A stretch of DNA of 64,000 nucleotides from Candidatus Eiseniibacteriota bacterium (GTDB taxonomy: Bacteria > Eisenbacteria > RBG-16-71-46): assembly GCA_963744995.1 (NCBI GenBank), contig CAVUWA010000004.1, positions 288,001-352,000 on the forward strand, in the 5' to 3' direction. Positions 34,155 to 43,467 of the stretch are shown piece by piece. Each line of letters opens with the position of its first letter. The stretch's first letter is position 1. Under the pieces are notes generated by a model. The model saw nothing but the letters and a program-made list of their open reading frames with translations, was not told the origin of the DNA and searched no databases. The translations under genes were made by a program, and so were the position numbers.

Positions 34155-34266
34155 GGGTCGGATCTCACGAGGTTGGAGTTCCGGGCAGGATAGCGGCAGC
34201 CGCCGCCGAGGTCACGCCGGCAGTGCAATCCCGGCGCCGCGGCGCGGGCCCCGCTGCGCCGCGGCG

Positions 34267-35328
34267 CTACGATGTCCCGCAGACCGCGCGCGTGGCCTGC
34301 TCGAGCACGGCCACCGGGTCGGCGCGGCCGCTCTTCCACGCCGCCTCGGCGCGGTACAGGGCGTCCAGCGCGGCGCCGAGGTCCCCCGGGCCGCGGCGCC
34401 GGGCGAGGGCCAGGCTCAGGTCCCTGTGGCGCGACCAGCCGCCGAGCGCGCCGCCGACCATGTTGGCGAGCGCCCACAGCACGAGCCCCTCTCCCGCCCC
34501 GGTGGCGAGCAGCCGGCCGAGCCGCTGCGCCGCGAGATCCTGGCGGCCGAGGGCGACGGCGGCGAGGTAGTCGGGCAGGTCGGCGCCCACCGTGGGTCGC
34601 ATCATGCGGGCGAGGTCGTCGGCGGTGATCGTCGTCCCGCCGCCGGGGCCGCCGGCGACCGTGCACAGCTTGTCGAGCTCGTTGAAGAACGCGAGCGCGT
34701 CGCCCTCGCAGGCATCGGCGAGCTGCTCGAGGACGCCGCGGTCGGCCTGGAGGCCCGCGAGCTGCGCCCGCATCGCGCCCCAGCGCAGCAGCGCCGGACG
34801 TTCCGGCGGCCACGCCACCCAGCGCTGGCGGCAGGCTGCGCGCAGCGGCTCGAGCGTCTTGCGCGCGCTGTCGGAAGCCGACTCGACGAGGATCAGGCTC
34901 GATCCGGCGACCGAGCGGGCGATGCCCGCGGCAAGCGCCGCGACCTTCTTCTCGCTGCGGCCGAGGGTTTCCACGTTCAGCACCAGCACCAGCTCGCGCG
35001 GGCTGAACAGGGACGTGCTCTGCAGGGCCGAGAGGATCGCCTCGACGTCGGACTCGCCGGCGCGGAACACGTTCGCACGCGGCGACTGCGGCACGTCGCG
35101 CGCCCACAGGCGCCGCAGCGCGGCAAGCATGGCGGCCTTGAGCGGCTCGCTCGGGCCTTCGACGTAGAGGCTGGCCGGGAAGCCTCCGCCCGCGACGCCC
35201 TCGAGGAGCGCGAGCCCGTCCGTGACCGGCGTCGCGGCGCGCGCGGTCGCGCGCGCGCGGCTACCAGCTCTGGACGGTGCGGCTGAGGATTTCTTCGGCG
35301 AGCTTGTCGATCGCTTCTTTGCGCCCAT
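34267..35328 (-). CDS. holA: DNA polymerase III subunit delta (divergent)
   Basis: SLYVEG, STSLFSPRELVLV, GDALAFFNELDKL, AEAAWKSG; lies in the lptE-holA-leuS neighbourhood; start uncertain. Confidence 0.75.
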   Translation of the reverse strand: MGAKKRSTSSPKKSSAAPSRAGSRARATARAATPVTDGLALLEGVAGGGFPASLYVEGPSEPLKAAMLAALRRLWARDVPQSPRANVFRAGESDVEAILSALQSTSLFSPRELVLVLNVETLGRSEKKVAALAAGIARSVAGSSLILVESASDSARKTLEPLRAACRQRWVAWPPERPALLRWGAMRAQLAGLQADRGVLEQLADACEGDALAFFNELDKLCTVAGGPGGGTTITADDLARMMRPTVGADLPDYLAAVALGRQDLAAQRLGRLLATGAGEGLVLWALANMVGGALGGWSRHRDLSLALARRRGPGDLGAALDALYRAEAAWKSGRADPVAVLEQATRAVCGTS

Positions 35329-35779
35329 CGAGCTCGGTCTTCGCGGTCTGTCCGGGAACGTCCTGGACGTAGTAGTTGGCGCTCTTCACCAGATTGGGCT
35401 CGGTCCAGACCTCGCGGTTCTTCACGAGATCCTTGAACGTCACCTCCATGCCGATCGTCACGCGATACTCCTGCGCGCCGGTCTGCGCCTGGAAGCCGAA
35501 CACGGCGTTGTTGTACTGCGTGACCTTGCCGTGGAGCACCGCGTCCGCCGAGCGCTCGTCGACGACCTTGAGGTGGTTGTCGGCGACGAACTTCTGGATG
35601 ACCGCGTCGGTCACCTCCTGCTCGATCGTGTACTCGGTGGTCGCGTTCTCGAAGACCGGAATGGCGATGGTCTTCAGGTGTGCCGGCAGCAGCGCCGGAC
35701 TCGCCGTATAGGCGCAGGACCACGAGCCGCAGGCCACGAGCACGCCGAGCGCGCAGACGATGACGGAACGACGAATCAG
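35261..35779 (-). CDS. lptE: LptE-family LPS-assembly lipoprotein (start uncertain, possibly CTG 35779)
   Basis: Lipobox-like SWSCAY; LPAHLKTIAIPVFENAT; EYRVTI; AIDKLAEEILSRTVQSW. Confidence 0.85.
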   Translation of the reverse strand: MIRRSVIVCALGVLVACGSWSCAYTASPALLPAHLKTIAIPVFENATTEYTIEQEVTDAVIQKFVADNHLKVVDERSADAVLHGKVTQYNNAVFGFQAQTGAQEYRVTIGMEVTFKDLVKNREVWTEPNLVKSANYYVQDVPGQTAKTELDGRKEAIDKLAEEILSRTVQSW

Positions 35780-37215
35780 GGGCGTGTGGACTCCGTGGCG
35801 TCGGACGAGTCCTGGTGCGGTTCGATCGAGTACAGCTTCATGCGGTAGCGCAGCTTGTCCCGCTTGAGGTTCAGCACCTCCGCCGTCCGACTCTGGTTCC
35901 ACTTGGTAGCACACGAGGCACGCACGATCAAGGCACGCTCCAGCTCCTCCACGAGCTGCTCGAACGGGATGCCGTCCGCCGGAACCGGCCCGCCGTTGAG
36001 CGCCTCGTCGATGCGGCGGCCGAGCGTCATCTCGTCAGCGGCGCGCGCCCGCGGCGCCAGCTTGAGGTGCGCGGGCTCCAGCGTCTCGCCGTTTTCGAGC
36101 AGCACCGTGCGCTCGAACAGATTCTTGAGCTCGCGGATGTTGCCCGGCCACGGGTAGTCGATCAGGACGCGCTCGGCCTCGGGCGAGATCGCCTTGAAGG
36201 CCTTCTTGAACTGCTTGGCGAACCGGTCGAGGAACAGCTGGCTCAGCGGGATGATGTCCTCGTGACGCTCGCGCAGCGGCGGAACGTAGAGGGGAACCAC
36301 CTTGAGGCGGTAGTAGAGATCCTCGCGGAAGCCGCCTTCCTGCACCATGCGCTCGAGATCCTGATTGGTCGCCGAGACGATGCGGATGTTGACCGAAATG
36401 TCCTTGGTGCCGCCGACGCGCTTGAACGTACGCCGCTCCAGCACGCGCAGCAGCTTGACCTGCAGCATCGGATTCATCTCACCGATTTCGTCGAGGAACA
36501 GGGTGCCGCCCGTGGCCAGTTCCATCAGGCCCTGCTTCTGTGAGCGGGCGTCGGTGAACGCGCCCTTTTCGTGGCCGAACAGCTCGCTCTCCAGCAGCTC
36601 GCTCGGAATCGCCGCGCAGTTGATTTCGACGAACGGCTTGTCGTGGCGCGCACTCATGCGGTGGATCAGATTGGCGAAGTACTCCTTCCCCGTTCCGCTC
36701 TCGCCCTCGATCAGCACGCTGGTGTTGTCGCCGAGTGCGACCTGCTCGGCGATCGCGTACGCCTCCTGCATGCGCGGGCTGGAGGAGTGCAGGTAGTCCT
36801 CGTCGGAGAACGCGTGGTGGCGGAGGCGCTTGAGCTCGAGCCAGATCTTCTGCGATTCGAGCGCGCGTGCGGCCAGCGCCAGCAGTTCCTCGGTCTGGAA
36901 CGGCTTCTTGACGAACCAGAAGGCCCCGGCGCTCATCGCCTCGACGGCCGTCTCCAGCTCGCCGAAGGCGGTCATGAGGATCACCGGCAGCTCCGACTGC
37001 AGGCGCTTGATCTCCCGGAGCAGATCGATGCCGGTACCGTCCGGCAGCTTCAGGTCGAGGACGGCGAGGTCGGGCAGGTCTTGAGACAGGGCCTCCCTGG
37101 CCTCGCGGATGGAGGCGCAGTCGCGGACCACGTAGCCCTCCTCCTCGAGCGACTTCGTGACGAAGTGGCGGATGGAATCCTGATCATCCACCACCAGGAT
37201 GTTGGCCTTGCTCAT
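35776..37215 (-). CDS. Sigma54-dependent response regulator (NtrC/AtoC family: REC-AAA+-Fis HTH)
   Basis: ILVVDD, DLKLPDG, GESGTGKE, ESELFGHEKGAFTDA, FREDLYYRL, WPGNIREL, NQSRTAEVL. Confidence 0.96.
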   Translation of the reverse strand: MSKANILVVDDQDSIRHFVTKSLEEEGYVVRDCASIREAREALSQDLPDLAVLDLKLPDGTGIDLLREIKRLQSELPVILMTAFGELETAVEAMSAGAFWFVKKPFQTEELLALAARALESQKIWLELKRLRHHAFSDEDYLHSSSPRMQEAYAIAEQVALGDNTSVLIEGESGTGKEYFANLIHRMSARHDKPFVEINCAAIPSELLESELFGHEKGAFTDARSQKQGLMELATGGTLFLDEIGEMNPMLQVKLLRVLERRTFKRVGGTKDISVNIRIVSATNQDLERMVQEGGFREDLYYRLKVVPLYVPPLRERHEDIIPLSQLFLDRFAKQFKKAFKAISPEAERVLIDYPWPGNIRELKNLFERTVLLENGETLEPAHLKLAPRARAADEMTLGRRIDEALNGGPVPADGIPFEQLVEELERALIVRASCATKWNQSRTAEVLNLKRDKLRYRMKLYSIEPHQDSSDATESTRP

Positions 37216-39164
37216 GACGTCCCTCCGTTGATTTCAAGGGGCAGTTCGACCATGAAGGTCGTGCCGCGTCCCGGTGTGCTCATGACGGACAGCATTCCGC
37301 CGTGGCGCTTCACGATGTCGTGGCAGATGTAGAGCCCGAGACCGGTGCCCCCCTGCTTGGTCGTGAAGAACGGCTCGAAAATGGTCTTCAGATGATCGGT
37401 GCCGATGCCGTTGCCGTGGTCGCGCACCTCCACCACGGCGCCCTGCGGGCGCGGATCGGCCGGCGTACCGTCGTCGCCGGTGCCGGGCGCGGCGGGTCGT
37501 ATCCGCACCTCGATCCGCTGGCCGGCTTCGGACGCTTCGATCGCGTTCTTGATCAGGTTGATGAACACCTGCATGAGCTGGTCGGCGTCGTGGGCGACGG
37601 GCGGGGTGCGTGGTCGCACCTCGATGCCGACCTCGACGCGCCGCGTATCGGCGAGCGTGCGCAGCACCTGCGCGGCCCGCCCGACCGTGTCCTCGATCGG
37701 CGCGGTGCGCGCCTGCAGCCCGCGCGGGTGGGTGATGTCGAACAGATCCTGCACGATGCGATCGAGTCGACGGATCTCGTCGAGGATGAACGTGATGTGC
37801 TCGCTTTCGGGGCCCGCCGCATCGAGGCGCTTCTGCAGGAACTGCACGCCGGCGGCGATGCCGGTGAGCGGATTGCGGATCTCGTGTGCGACGCTCGAGG
37901 TGAAGCGGCCGAGCGCCGCGAGGCGGTCGAGGCGCCGCGCGTGCTCTTCGGCGCGCTTGAGCGGTGTGAGGTCCACGAACGTGGCGATCGCACCGTAGAC
38001 GTTGCGTCGGTCGTTGCGCAGCAGCGAGGTCGAGAGGCTCACCGGCACGGGGCGCCCGTCGTGCGCGCGCAGCATGACCTCGCGCCGCGCGACCTCCTGC
38101 CCCTGCTCGAGCGTGAGCGCGAGCCAGTGTTCGCCCTCGGCGCCGAACAGGGCGCCGAACGGCTGCCCGACGACGTCCGGTTCACCGGCGCCCAGCAGTG
38201 CCTCGGCGGCCCGGTTGAAGGTGAGCACTTCGCCTTCCATGTTCACCGCCACGAGCGCGCCGGTCATGCTGTCGAGCACGTGTTCGCGGAAGCGCTCGCT
38301 CTTGCGCAGGTCCTGATAGAGCCGCGCGTTCTCGACCACCGGGGCCACCGACAGCGCGATCGATTCGAGCATCTGCGCGTCCGCCGGGGTGAGCCCGGCG
38401 CCGCCCTGCCGGCGGCCGACGGCGATCACGCCGAGCAGCGGCATCAGCTCGCAGCCCAGGCAATGGCGCTGGCGCTCTTCGCGGTCGTGCGCCCAGACTT
38501 CTGCGGCCGGGCCGGGCGGCGGCGCCACCACGCCCACGTCGCCGAGGATGCAGCGCACCCCGCACAGCTCGTGCGGCTCGGCCGCCGGCAGCACCGCATG
38601 GCTGCGCTGCAGCGGCACGCTCATCGTGCTGCTCAGGCGCTCGAGTGCGTCCTGGAGGGGATGCCCGTCCGGCAGCCGTGCCGGCGGATGCTGGCGCGCC
38701 GACTGGTGGACGATGGTGCGGTTGAACCAGAACGTGCGCGCGAGGGAACCCATGTCGCCGCGCAGCGGCACATCGAGCTCCGTCGAGCGCTCCCGTTCGC
38801 CGTGGCGGCTGGTCCACGTTCCGCTGAGCCGCTCGTGCTCGGCGTCCACCAGCAGCAGACACGCCTCTTCGAAGCCGTAGGCCCGGCACAGATAACGCGT
38901 CACCGTGCGGGTGGTCTCGGGGAGGTCCTGCGTCATCACCAGATGGCTGGCGACCTCGCGCAGCGAGACGAGCTGGACGTTGGTCTCGATCAGCCGGCGG
39001 TGGCTGCGCTCGAGCTCGTCGACCAGCTCTCCCAGGACGCGAACGAGGGCGTCGACATCGTCCGGCGCGGGCACGGGATCGCCCTGCGGGCGGTCGCCGA
39101 GACCCCGGACTTCGTCGATGCGCCGCAGCAGATGCTGCAGCGCGCCGTCCTGCGTGGTGGACAT
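37212..39164 (-). CDS. GAF/PAS sensor histidine kinase
   Basis: AHEIRNPL (H box), QVFINLIKNA (N), DHGNGI (G1), FEPFFTTK and GTGLGL (F/G2); PAS-like segment; no TM helix seen. Confidence 0.93.
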   Translation of the reverse strand: MSTTQDGALQHLLRRIDEVRGLGDRPQGDPVPAPDDVDALVRVLGELVDELERSHRRLIETNVQLVSLREVASHLVMTQDLPETTRTVTRYLCRAYGFEEACLLLVDAEHERLSGTWTSRHGERERSTELDVPLRGDMGSLARTFWFNRTIVHQSARQHPPARLPDGHPLQDALERLSSTMSVPLQRSHAVLPAAEPHELCGVRCILGDVGVVAPPPGPAAEVWAHDREERQRHCLGCELMPLLGVIAVGRRQGGAGLTPADAQMLESIALSVAPVVENARLYQDLRKSERFREHVLDSMTGALVAVNMEGEVLTFNRAAEALLGAGEPDVVGQPFGALFGAEGEHWLALTLEQGQEVARREVMLRAHDGRPVPVSLSTSLLRNDRRNVYGAIATFVDLTPLKRAEEHARRLDRLAALGRFTSSVAHEIRNPLTGIAAGVQFLQKRLDAAGPESEHITFILDEIRRLDRIVQDLFDITHPRGLQARTAPIEDTVGRAAQVLRTLADTRRVEVGIEVRPRTPPVAHDADQLMQVFINLIKNAIEASEAGQRIEVRIRPAAPGTGDDGTPADPRPQGAVVEVRDHGNGIGTDHLKTIFEPFFTTKQGGTGLGLYICHDIVKRHGGMLSVMSTPGRGTTFMVELPLEINGGTS

Positions 39165-39333
39165 GGCGTCTCTGCCGCCGGAGGCGCAGGGGCTTGCCTC
39201 CGGGGGTCGGATGAATCCGACCGTCCGCGCGCCGGCTCAGGGCGGGAAGTGGCGGCGCGCGGTGGAACGTGGCTGAGTGGTCGAGTCGCTGCGTTGCCCG
39301 GTGGCTAACGCCTCTCGACCACGGCCGTTCGTG

Positions 39334-40464
39334 TCATGCGTCCGTGAAGTCGCGCACGCTGGTGGCGACGTAGCGAATCTGATCCTCCGTGAGCTCGGGA
39401 TAGATCGGCAGGGCGAGCGTCTCGTTCGCCGCGGCTTCCGAATGCGGCATGTCGCCGACCTTGTAGCCGAGGGTCGCGAAACACTTCTGCAGGTGCAACG
39501 GCACCGGGTAGTAGATCTCGGTGCCGACCCCGCGATCCTTCATGTGCTCGCGCAGCGCGTCGCGGCGCTCCACGCGGATCACGTACTGGTTGTAGATGTG
39601 GCGTGTGCGCGGATCGTGGTAGGGCCGGCCGAGCCGGGCGCCTTCGAACAGTTTGTTGTAGAGCGCCGCGTTGCGCGCGCGCGCCTCGCTCCAGCGGTCG
39701 AGGTGCGTGAGCTTCACGCGCAGGATCGCCGCCTGCAGTGCGTCGAGCCGCGAGTTGGTGCCGACCAGCGAGTGGTAGTACTTCGGGCGCGAGCCGTGCT
39801 CGCGCAGCAGGCGCACGCGGTCGGCCAGCGCCTCGTCCTGGGCGACGACCATGCCGCCGTCACCCGCGCCGCCGAGGTTCTTCGACGGGAAGAACGAGAA
39901 GCAGCCGAGGTCGGCCGTGCTGCCGGCGCGGCGTCCCTCCCACTCCGAGCCGATCGCCTGTGCGGCGTCTTCGATGAGGAAGATCTTGTGCTTCTCGCAC
40001 ACGCCCTTCACGGCGTCGAGGTCGCAGCACTGGCCGTACAGGTCGACCGCGATCACCGCCTTGGTGCGCGTGGTGACGGAGGCTTCGAGGCGGTGCGGGT
40101 CGATGTTGTACGTGCGCGGATCGATGTCCACGAACACCGGCGTCGCCCCGACGTTGGCGATCGCGCCGGCGGTGGCGAAGAACGAATAGGCGGTGGTGAT
40201 CACTTCGTCACCCGGGCCGACGTTCAGCGCGCGCAGCGCGAGCAGCAGGGCGTCCGTGCCGGACGCGCAGCCGATGCCGTACGCGCACTGCGAATAGCGG
40301 GCCACTTCGGCTTCGAGCGCCTTCACCTCGGGGCCGCCGATGAAGTACTGGCTCTCCATGACGCGGCGCACGGCCTCGTCGACGTCCTTGCGGATGTCGG
40401 CGTACTGGGCCTTGAGGTCCAGGAGCGGCACGTTCATGGTGGGACGGGTCGGGGTCGAGCTCAT
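39334..40464 (-). CDS. DegT/DnrJ/EryC1/StrS sugar aminotransferase (WbpE-like)
   Basis: ASGTDAL, IEDAAQAIG, SFFPSKNLGGAGDGG, NSRLDALQA. Confidence 0.93.
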   Translation of the reverse strand: MSSTPTRPTMNVPLLDLKAQYADIRKDVDEAVRRVMESQYFIGGPEVKALEAEVARYSQCAYGIGCASGTDALLLALRALNVGPGDEVITTAYSFFATAGAIANVGATPVFVDIDPRTYNIDPHRLEASVTTRTKAVIAVDLYGQCCDLDAVKGVCEKHKIFLIEDAAQAIGSEWEGRRAGSTADLGCFSFFPSKNLGGAGDGGMVVAQDEALADRVRLLREHGSRPKYYHSLVGTNSRLDALQAAILRVKLTHLDRWSEARARNAALYNKLFEGARLGRPYHDPRTRHIYNQYVIRVERRDALREHMKDRGVGTEIYYPVPLHLQKCFATLGYKVGDMPHSEAAANETLALPIYPELTEDQIRYVATSVRDFTDA

Positions 40465-40488
40465 GGCAGAATCACCTTTCGCGGCGGG

Positions 40489-41244
40489 TCACGCGTCCAC
40501 CCAGCCCTGGTTGTCGAGCAGCTGCTCGGCCGGAACGTCCCGCCACTTCCTGGCGGGGGTGCCCATGACGATCGTGCGCGGCTGGACGTCGCGCGTGACC
40601 ACGGAGCCGGCGGCCACCAGAGAGTCCTCGCCGATCGTGATGCCCGGCAGAAGCACGGCCCCCGCGCCGACGCGTCCGCCGCGCTTCACGGTCACGCCCT
40701 TGAAGTGCTTGAAGCGCTCGGCCGTGCGGCCGACGAAGTTGTCGTTCGACGTGACCACGCCGGGCGCGATGAACACGCGGTCCTCGAGCTCCGAATAGGC
40801 GGTAATGTAGCACTCGCTCTCGAGCTTGCAGTAGCGCCCGATCCTGCAGAAGTTCTCGACCGTGACGCCGCGCCCGACGATCGTGCCGCGTCCGATCGCC
40901 ACGTTCTCTCGAATCGTACAGAGGTCGGCCATCAGCACCTTCGACCCGATCGAGGCGCCGCGGTAGAGCACGACGCCGGTGCCGACGATGCAGGTTTCCC
41001 CCACCTCGAGCGGCGCCAGCTCCTGCTCCCTGGTGGTGGCGCTGTTGGCGGCGCGCATCGGCAGCTTGCCGAGCACCGCGTGGTCGTCGACGCGCACGTT
41101 GGCGCCGACGTGGGTGCCTTCGTGAATCACCACGTGGTGGCCGATCCGGCAGCCCGCGCCGATCGACACGTTCTCCCCCACGACGCAGCCTTCCCCGAAG
41201 GTCACGTCGTCGGCGATCTTCGCGCTCACCGGGACGACGCTCAC
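40489..41244 (-). CDS. Hexapeptide-repeat sugar N-acetyltransferase (WbpD-like)
   Basis: Left-handed beta-helix repeats; VGAGAVLLPGITIGEDSLVAAGSVVTRDV; GTGA overlap with the upstream gene. Confidence 0.88.
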   Translation of the reverse strand: MSVVPVSAKIADDVTFGEGCVVGENVSIGAGCRIGHHVVIHEGTHVGANVRVDDHAVLGKLPMRAANSATTREQELAPLEVGETCIVGTGVVLYRGASIGSKVLMADLCTIRENVAIGRGTIVGRGVTVENFCRIGRYCKLESECYITAYSELEDRVFIAPGVVTSNDNFVGRTAERFKHFKGVTVKRGGRVGAGAVLLPGITIGEDSLVAAGSVVTRDVQPRTIVMGTPARKWRDVPAEQLLDNQGWVDA

Positions 41245-42275
41245 GACACCCCCTGCGTCGCCGCAATCGGAACCGGCCGGCCGCCCTGCTCGAGCGACGC
41301 CTGCGCCGCGGCGAGCACCTTCACCACGCGCAGGCCGCTCTCGCCGTCGGTGAGCGGCGTCCGGCGTTCGCGGATGCAGTCGACGAAATGCTGGCACTCG
41401 AGGCGCAGCGGCTCCTGCAGCGAGATCTTCGGGATCAGGATGTCCCCCGAGCGCACGGTGAGGGCGTCGCCGTAGGACACCACCTGGCCGGCGCGATCGA
41501 CGCCCTTGTCGTATACGCGGATCTTCTCGCTGGCTTCCATGTCGTCGAACACGACCATTTTCTGGCTGCCGACGACCGTGAACTTGCGCAGCTTGTGCGG
41601 ATCGAGCCACGACACGTGCACGTGCGCCAGGCGGCCGTCCGGAAAGCGCAGGTCCACGAACACGACGTCCTCGACCTTGCCCTGGAGGAACGCCGAGCCG
41701 CGCGCGACGACGTCCACCGGCTCCGCGTCGAGCAGGTGCAGGATCACCGACAGGTCGTGCGGGGCGAAGCTCCAGAGCGCGTTCTCGTCGCGGCGCACCT
41801 TGCCCAGGTTCACGCGCTGCGAGTAGATGTAGAGCAGGTCGCCCATCGCGCCGCTCGCGGCGAAGTCCTTCATGTACTTGACCGCCGGGTGGTAGAGCAG
41901 CAGGTGGCCGACCATCAGCACGGCCTTCTTCTCGCGCGCCAGGCGCACGAGCGTCTCCGCGTCCTCGACCTGCAGCGTGAGCGGTTTCTCGACGAACACG
42001 TCCTTGCCGGCCTCGAGCAGCGTGCGGGCGAGCACGAAGTGATGCACCGCCGAAGCGGACACCACGACGCCGCGCACGGCAGGGTCGGCGGCGACGTCGG
42101 CGACGTCCGCGACCGCGCGCACGCCCGGATAACGGGCGACGGTCTTCTGCAGCCGGTCCGGGTCCGCGTCGCACAGCGCGACCAGCTCCGCACCGGGAAG
42201 GTTCGCGAAGTTGCGGACGAGGTTCGCGCCCCAGTCCCCGGTACCGACGACGGCGATTCCGATGCGATCGCTCAA
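41241..42275 (-). CDS. Gfo/Idh/MocA oxidoreductase (WbpB-like)
   Basis: VGTGDWG, FVEKPL, LMVGH, APHDLS; TTG start after GGGAG. Confidence 0.9.
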   Translation of the reverse strand: MSDRIGIAVVGTGDWGANLVRNFANLPGAELVALCDADPDRLQKTVARYPGVRAVADVADVAADPAVRGVVVSASAVHHFVLARTLLEAGKDVFVEKPLTLQVEDAETLVRLAREKKAVLMVGHLLLYHPAVKYMKDFAASGAMGDLLYIYSQRVNLGKVRRDENALWSFAPHDLSVILHLLDAEPVDVVARGSAFLQGKVEDVVFVDLRFPDGRLAHVHVSWLDPHKLRKFTVVGSQKMVVFDDMEASEKIRVYDKGVDRAGQVVSYGDALTVRSGDILIPKISLQEPLRLECQHFVDCIRERRTPLTDGESGLRVVKVLAAAQASLEQGGRPVPIAATQGVS

Positions 42276-42338
42276 GCGAAGTCTCCCTGTGAGTCGGTGT
42301 TCATGCGCGGCAGCGCGCATTCCTGAAGCGGGCGAGCG

Positions 42339-42367
42339 AGGATAGCAACGCCTCCCATGGGGGTCAA
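42339..42367 (-). promoter_or_regulatory. Putative sigma70 promoter of the wbpB/D/E-like operon
   Basis: TTGACC-17 nt-TATCCT with an extended -10 TG. Confidence 0.6.
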
Positions 42368-42381
42368 AGGTCGGCGATCGC

Positions 42382-43392
42382 TCACGCCGCCCTCCGGCGG
42401 TAGGCCTGTACGCGGTTGCGACCGTTACGCTTGGCCTCGTAGAGGGCGCGGTCCGACATCATGATCAGCGAGTGCGCGTCGGTGGCGTCGTCCGGGAACG
42501 TGGCGACGCCGAGGCTCACCGTGATCGTGCCCGCCGCCGCCAGCGGGAAGTCGTGCTGCTCGATGCTGAGCCGCATGCGCTCCGCGACCACCATGGCGCC
42601 CTCGAGTTCGGTCTGCGGCAGGATGATCGTGAACTCGTCGCCGCCGTACTTGGCGATCAGGTCGAACGATCGCACCTGCGACACGAATCGCCCGGCGATC
42701 AGCTTGAGCAGGTGGCTGCCGCGCAGATGGCCGTGACGGTCGTTGTAGGACTTGAGGTTGTCGACGTCCACCATCAGGATCGAGAGCTTCTGGCGGAAGC
42801 GGCCGGCGCGCTTGATCTCGCGGCGCAGCGCGCTCTTCAGGAAGCGGTAGTTGTAGACCTGGGTGAGGTCGTCGGTGATCGCGAGCTTCTCGACGCTCGC
42901 GGCGAGGCGCTGGTTGTCGAGCGTCTGCGAGATCCACACCGCGAGCAGCGTGGCGAGCGCGCATTCGTGCTCGGAGAAGCGCGGCGAGCCCTTCTGCCGG
43001 TAGATCGCCAGGTAGCCCGGCGTCTGCGCGCGCAGGCGGAGCGGGATGAACAGCGCCGGCCCCGATTCGAGACCGTCGCAGCGGTCGTCTTCCCCCACCC
43101 GGCCGTCGCGCGAGAGGTCCGGCGAGTACACGGGCACCCCGCCGCGCACCAGCAGCCGCGTGAACTCGCTGCCGCCGGGCGGCGCTTCGAGGCGCTGCGG
43201 CTCGGCCAGGTTCCCCGGCTGCACCCAGCGCCGGCCGTGGCCGCGGCCGGGGAGCATCACCACGACGCCGTGCGCGTCCGTCAGCGACAGCGCGACCTCG
43301 ATGGCGCGCTGGATGACGGCTGCGCGAGAACGACCGACCGGACGGCCGGACGGCTCGATGAGCGCGTCGAGAAGTCTCTCGAGATGGAACAT
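42382..43392 (-). CDS. GAF-GGDEF diguanylate cyclase
   Basis: TDDLTQVYN, DVDNLKSYNDRHGH, RSFD I-site, YGGDEF, ALYEAKRNGRN. Confidence 0.93.
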   Translation of the reverse strand: MFHLERLLDALIEPSGRPVGRSRAAVIQRAIEVALSLTDAHGVVVMLPGRGHGRRWVQPGNLAEPQRLEAPPGGSEFTRLLVRGGVPVYSPDLSRDGRVGEDDRCDGLESGPALFIPLRLRAQTPGYLAIYRQKGSPRFSEHECALATLLAVWISQTLDNQRLAASVEKLAITDDLTQVYNYRFLKSALRREIKRAGRFRQKLSILMVDVDNLKSYNDRHGHLRGSHLLKLIAGRFVSQVRSFDLIAKYGGDEFTIILPQTELEGAMVVAERMRLSIEQHDFPLAAAGTITVSLGVATFPDDATDAHSLIMMSDRALYEAKRNGRNRVQAYRRRAA

Positions 43393-43437
43393 GGCGGATC
43401 CCCGGGCCTGCGAAGCGGACGGTACCGCCTGGTTGCT

Positions 43438-43454
43438 CGCAACCGCTATGCCAA
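43438..43454 (-). promoter_or_regulatory. Putative sigma54 (-24/-12) promoter of the diguanylate cyclase gene
   Basis: TTGGCATAGCGGTTGCG on the - strand (GG-N10-GC), 45 nt upstream of the ATG. Confidence 0.7.
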
Positions 43455-43467
43455 GAGAAGCACGGGG

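Noticed and set aside
39205..39222. Palindrome GGTCGGAT-GA-ATCCGACC upstream of the histidine kinase
   Set aside because: It could be an operator or hairpin, but it is a single short instance with no second copy or associated promoter; insufficient support.
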